Source: Promethearchaeota archaeon
Lineage (GTDB): Archaea > Asgardarchaeota > Lokiarchaeia > Sigyniarchaeales > SOKP01
Length of the DNA: 62,811 nt
Reading direction: 5' to 3'
NCBI GenBank assembly: GCA_048940445.1
Contig: JBHLON010000020.1
Coordinates: 1 to 62,811, forward strand
Below, piece after piece: positions 61,947-62,811 of the stretch (the stretch's first letter is position 1; each line of letters opens with the position of its first letter). Under the pieces are notes generated by a model that searched no databases, was not told the DNA's origin, and worked only from the letters and a program-made list of their open reading frames with translations. Position numbers and translations under genes: made by a program.

Positions 61947-62033
61947 TTATGATAATTACTTCGCAGAGCAGTAATAAACTTTTTGAATTTGGTAAGAATA
62001 ACAAAAAATAAGATTTGAAATGTTAAACCTTCC

Positions 62034-62732
62034 TTATTCTCCTCTCATTATTTTCTTAAGACGATTCAACTCTTCAAGCATCTCATCTCGTAAGGAACTT
62101 AATCCGCCTCCTGCTTTAGGTGCCATTGCAGGAGCAGCCGAAGGGGATGCCCCAGGAGCTCTTGGTGGGCCACTTGAAGGAGCAGCAGGTGGTCCTGGTC
62201 GTTTCGCAAAAGTTGGGGGTTGTGTTACACCACCACTCGGTGCTGAAGGAGGAGCGCCACTACCAGGTGCCGGAGGTAATTTAGGTGCGGGAGGTAAGCC
62301 TGAACGTTTTGGAGGTCCACCACTTGAAGGTGAGGCTGGAGGGGATCCACTAGGAGGTGCTGTCGGAGGACCTCCACTTGGAGGTGCTTTTGGAGCCCCG
62401 GAAATAGGAGGTTTAGGAAGTCCTATATTTGCACTTGTTGTAGTTGGTGTAGCAGGTGCTCTCCCTCCACTCAATAAATTGAATAGTGTACTAGCAGCAG
62501 CAGTTTTAGCATTCTCAGTTGTTGGTGTAGCAATCATTTTAGAGGAGGTACTAACGGTTTGTACTTCTGATTCGATTACGACTTCTTTTAAGTCTTTTTG
62601 GGCTTTATTTAGCGACTTTATAAAATCATTGATACCTTTAACTGTTTCTTCAAGATCATCTGATAAAGAAGTCAAGCCCTTTTTCATGAAGTTAATTACG
62701 CGCTCTAACTTTTTTTGTTCTTTTGAAACCAA
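62034..62732 (-). CDS. Coiled-coil, proline-rich protein with a C-terminal WH2-like motif
   Basis: N-terminal heptad helix; about 110-aa P/G/A/S-rich region; LRDEMLEELNRLKKI at the C-terminus. Confidence 0.8.
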   Translation of the reverse strand: MVSKEQKKLERVINFMKKGLTSLSDDLEETVKGINDFIKSLNKAQKDLKEVVIESEVQTVSTSSKMIATPTTENAKTAAASTLFNLLSGGRAPATPTTTSANIGLPKPPISGAPKAPPSGGPPTAPPSGSPPASPSSGGPPKRSGLPPAPKLPPAPGSGAPPSAPSGGVTQPPTFAKRPGPPAAPSSGPPRAPGASPSAAPAMAPKAGGGLSSLRDEMLEELNRLKKIMRGE

Positions 62733-62811
62733 GATTTATTCAAATCCTCTAAATTATTTTCAAAAGTAGAATATATATATTTATAATGATAATTCAATTA
62801 TATTAATTTAT

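Noticed and set aside
62020-62769. 249-aa Gly-rich plus-strand ORF and local high GC
   Set aside because: Mirror of the Pro-rich gene (CCN/GGN codons). The GC rise follows from amino-acid composition, not foreign DNA or an RNA gene.

Overview
AT-rich archaeal chromosome segment, very probably an Asgard archaeon (Lokiarchaeia-like). This is inferred from its eukaryotic-signature proteins: an actin-related protein, two roadblock/LC7 proteins, longin-like domains, a longin-small GTPase fusion, RING fingers and HEAT repeats. It carries about 52 CDS, mostly housekeeping or metabolic (purD, gpmA, metG, type IA topoisomerase, TrmJ-like methyltransferase, M20/M32 peptidases, a 7-PAS histidine kinase). 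I found no tRNA, rRNA, CRISPR array or transposase. The main discovery is in metG (MetRS), which is interrupted just before its HIGH-type signature by a 32-nt insert (14382-14413) that carries an in-frame stop and shifts the frame. The insert folds into a relaxed bulge-helix-bulge (BHB) motif. Cutting at the canonical archaeal endonuclease positions restores the frame and gives TSAWPYVNAVPHLGN. The gene ending 2 nt from metG on the opposite strand encodes a highly divergent RtcB-family RNA ligase. Together these suggest tRNA-type mRNA splicing of an essential gene, mechanistically like XBP1 splicing. Other highlights are a proline-rich, WH2-like protein two genes from the actin homologue, a vWA plus double-RING protein resembling TFIIH p44/Ssl1, and a topoisomerase IA with a Top3beta-like zinc tail. 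All family calls come from motif recognition by eye; no searches were run.
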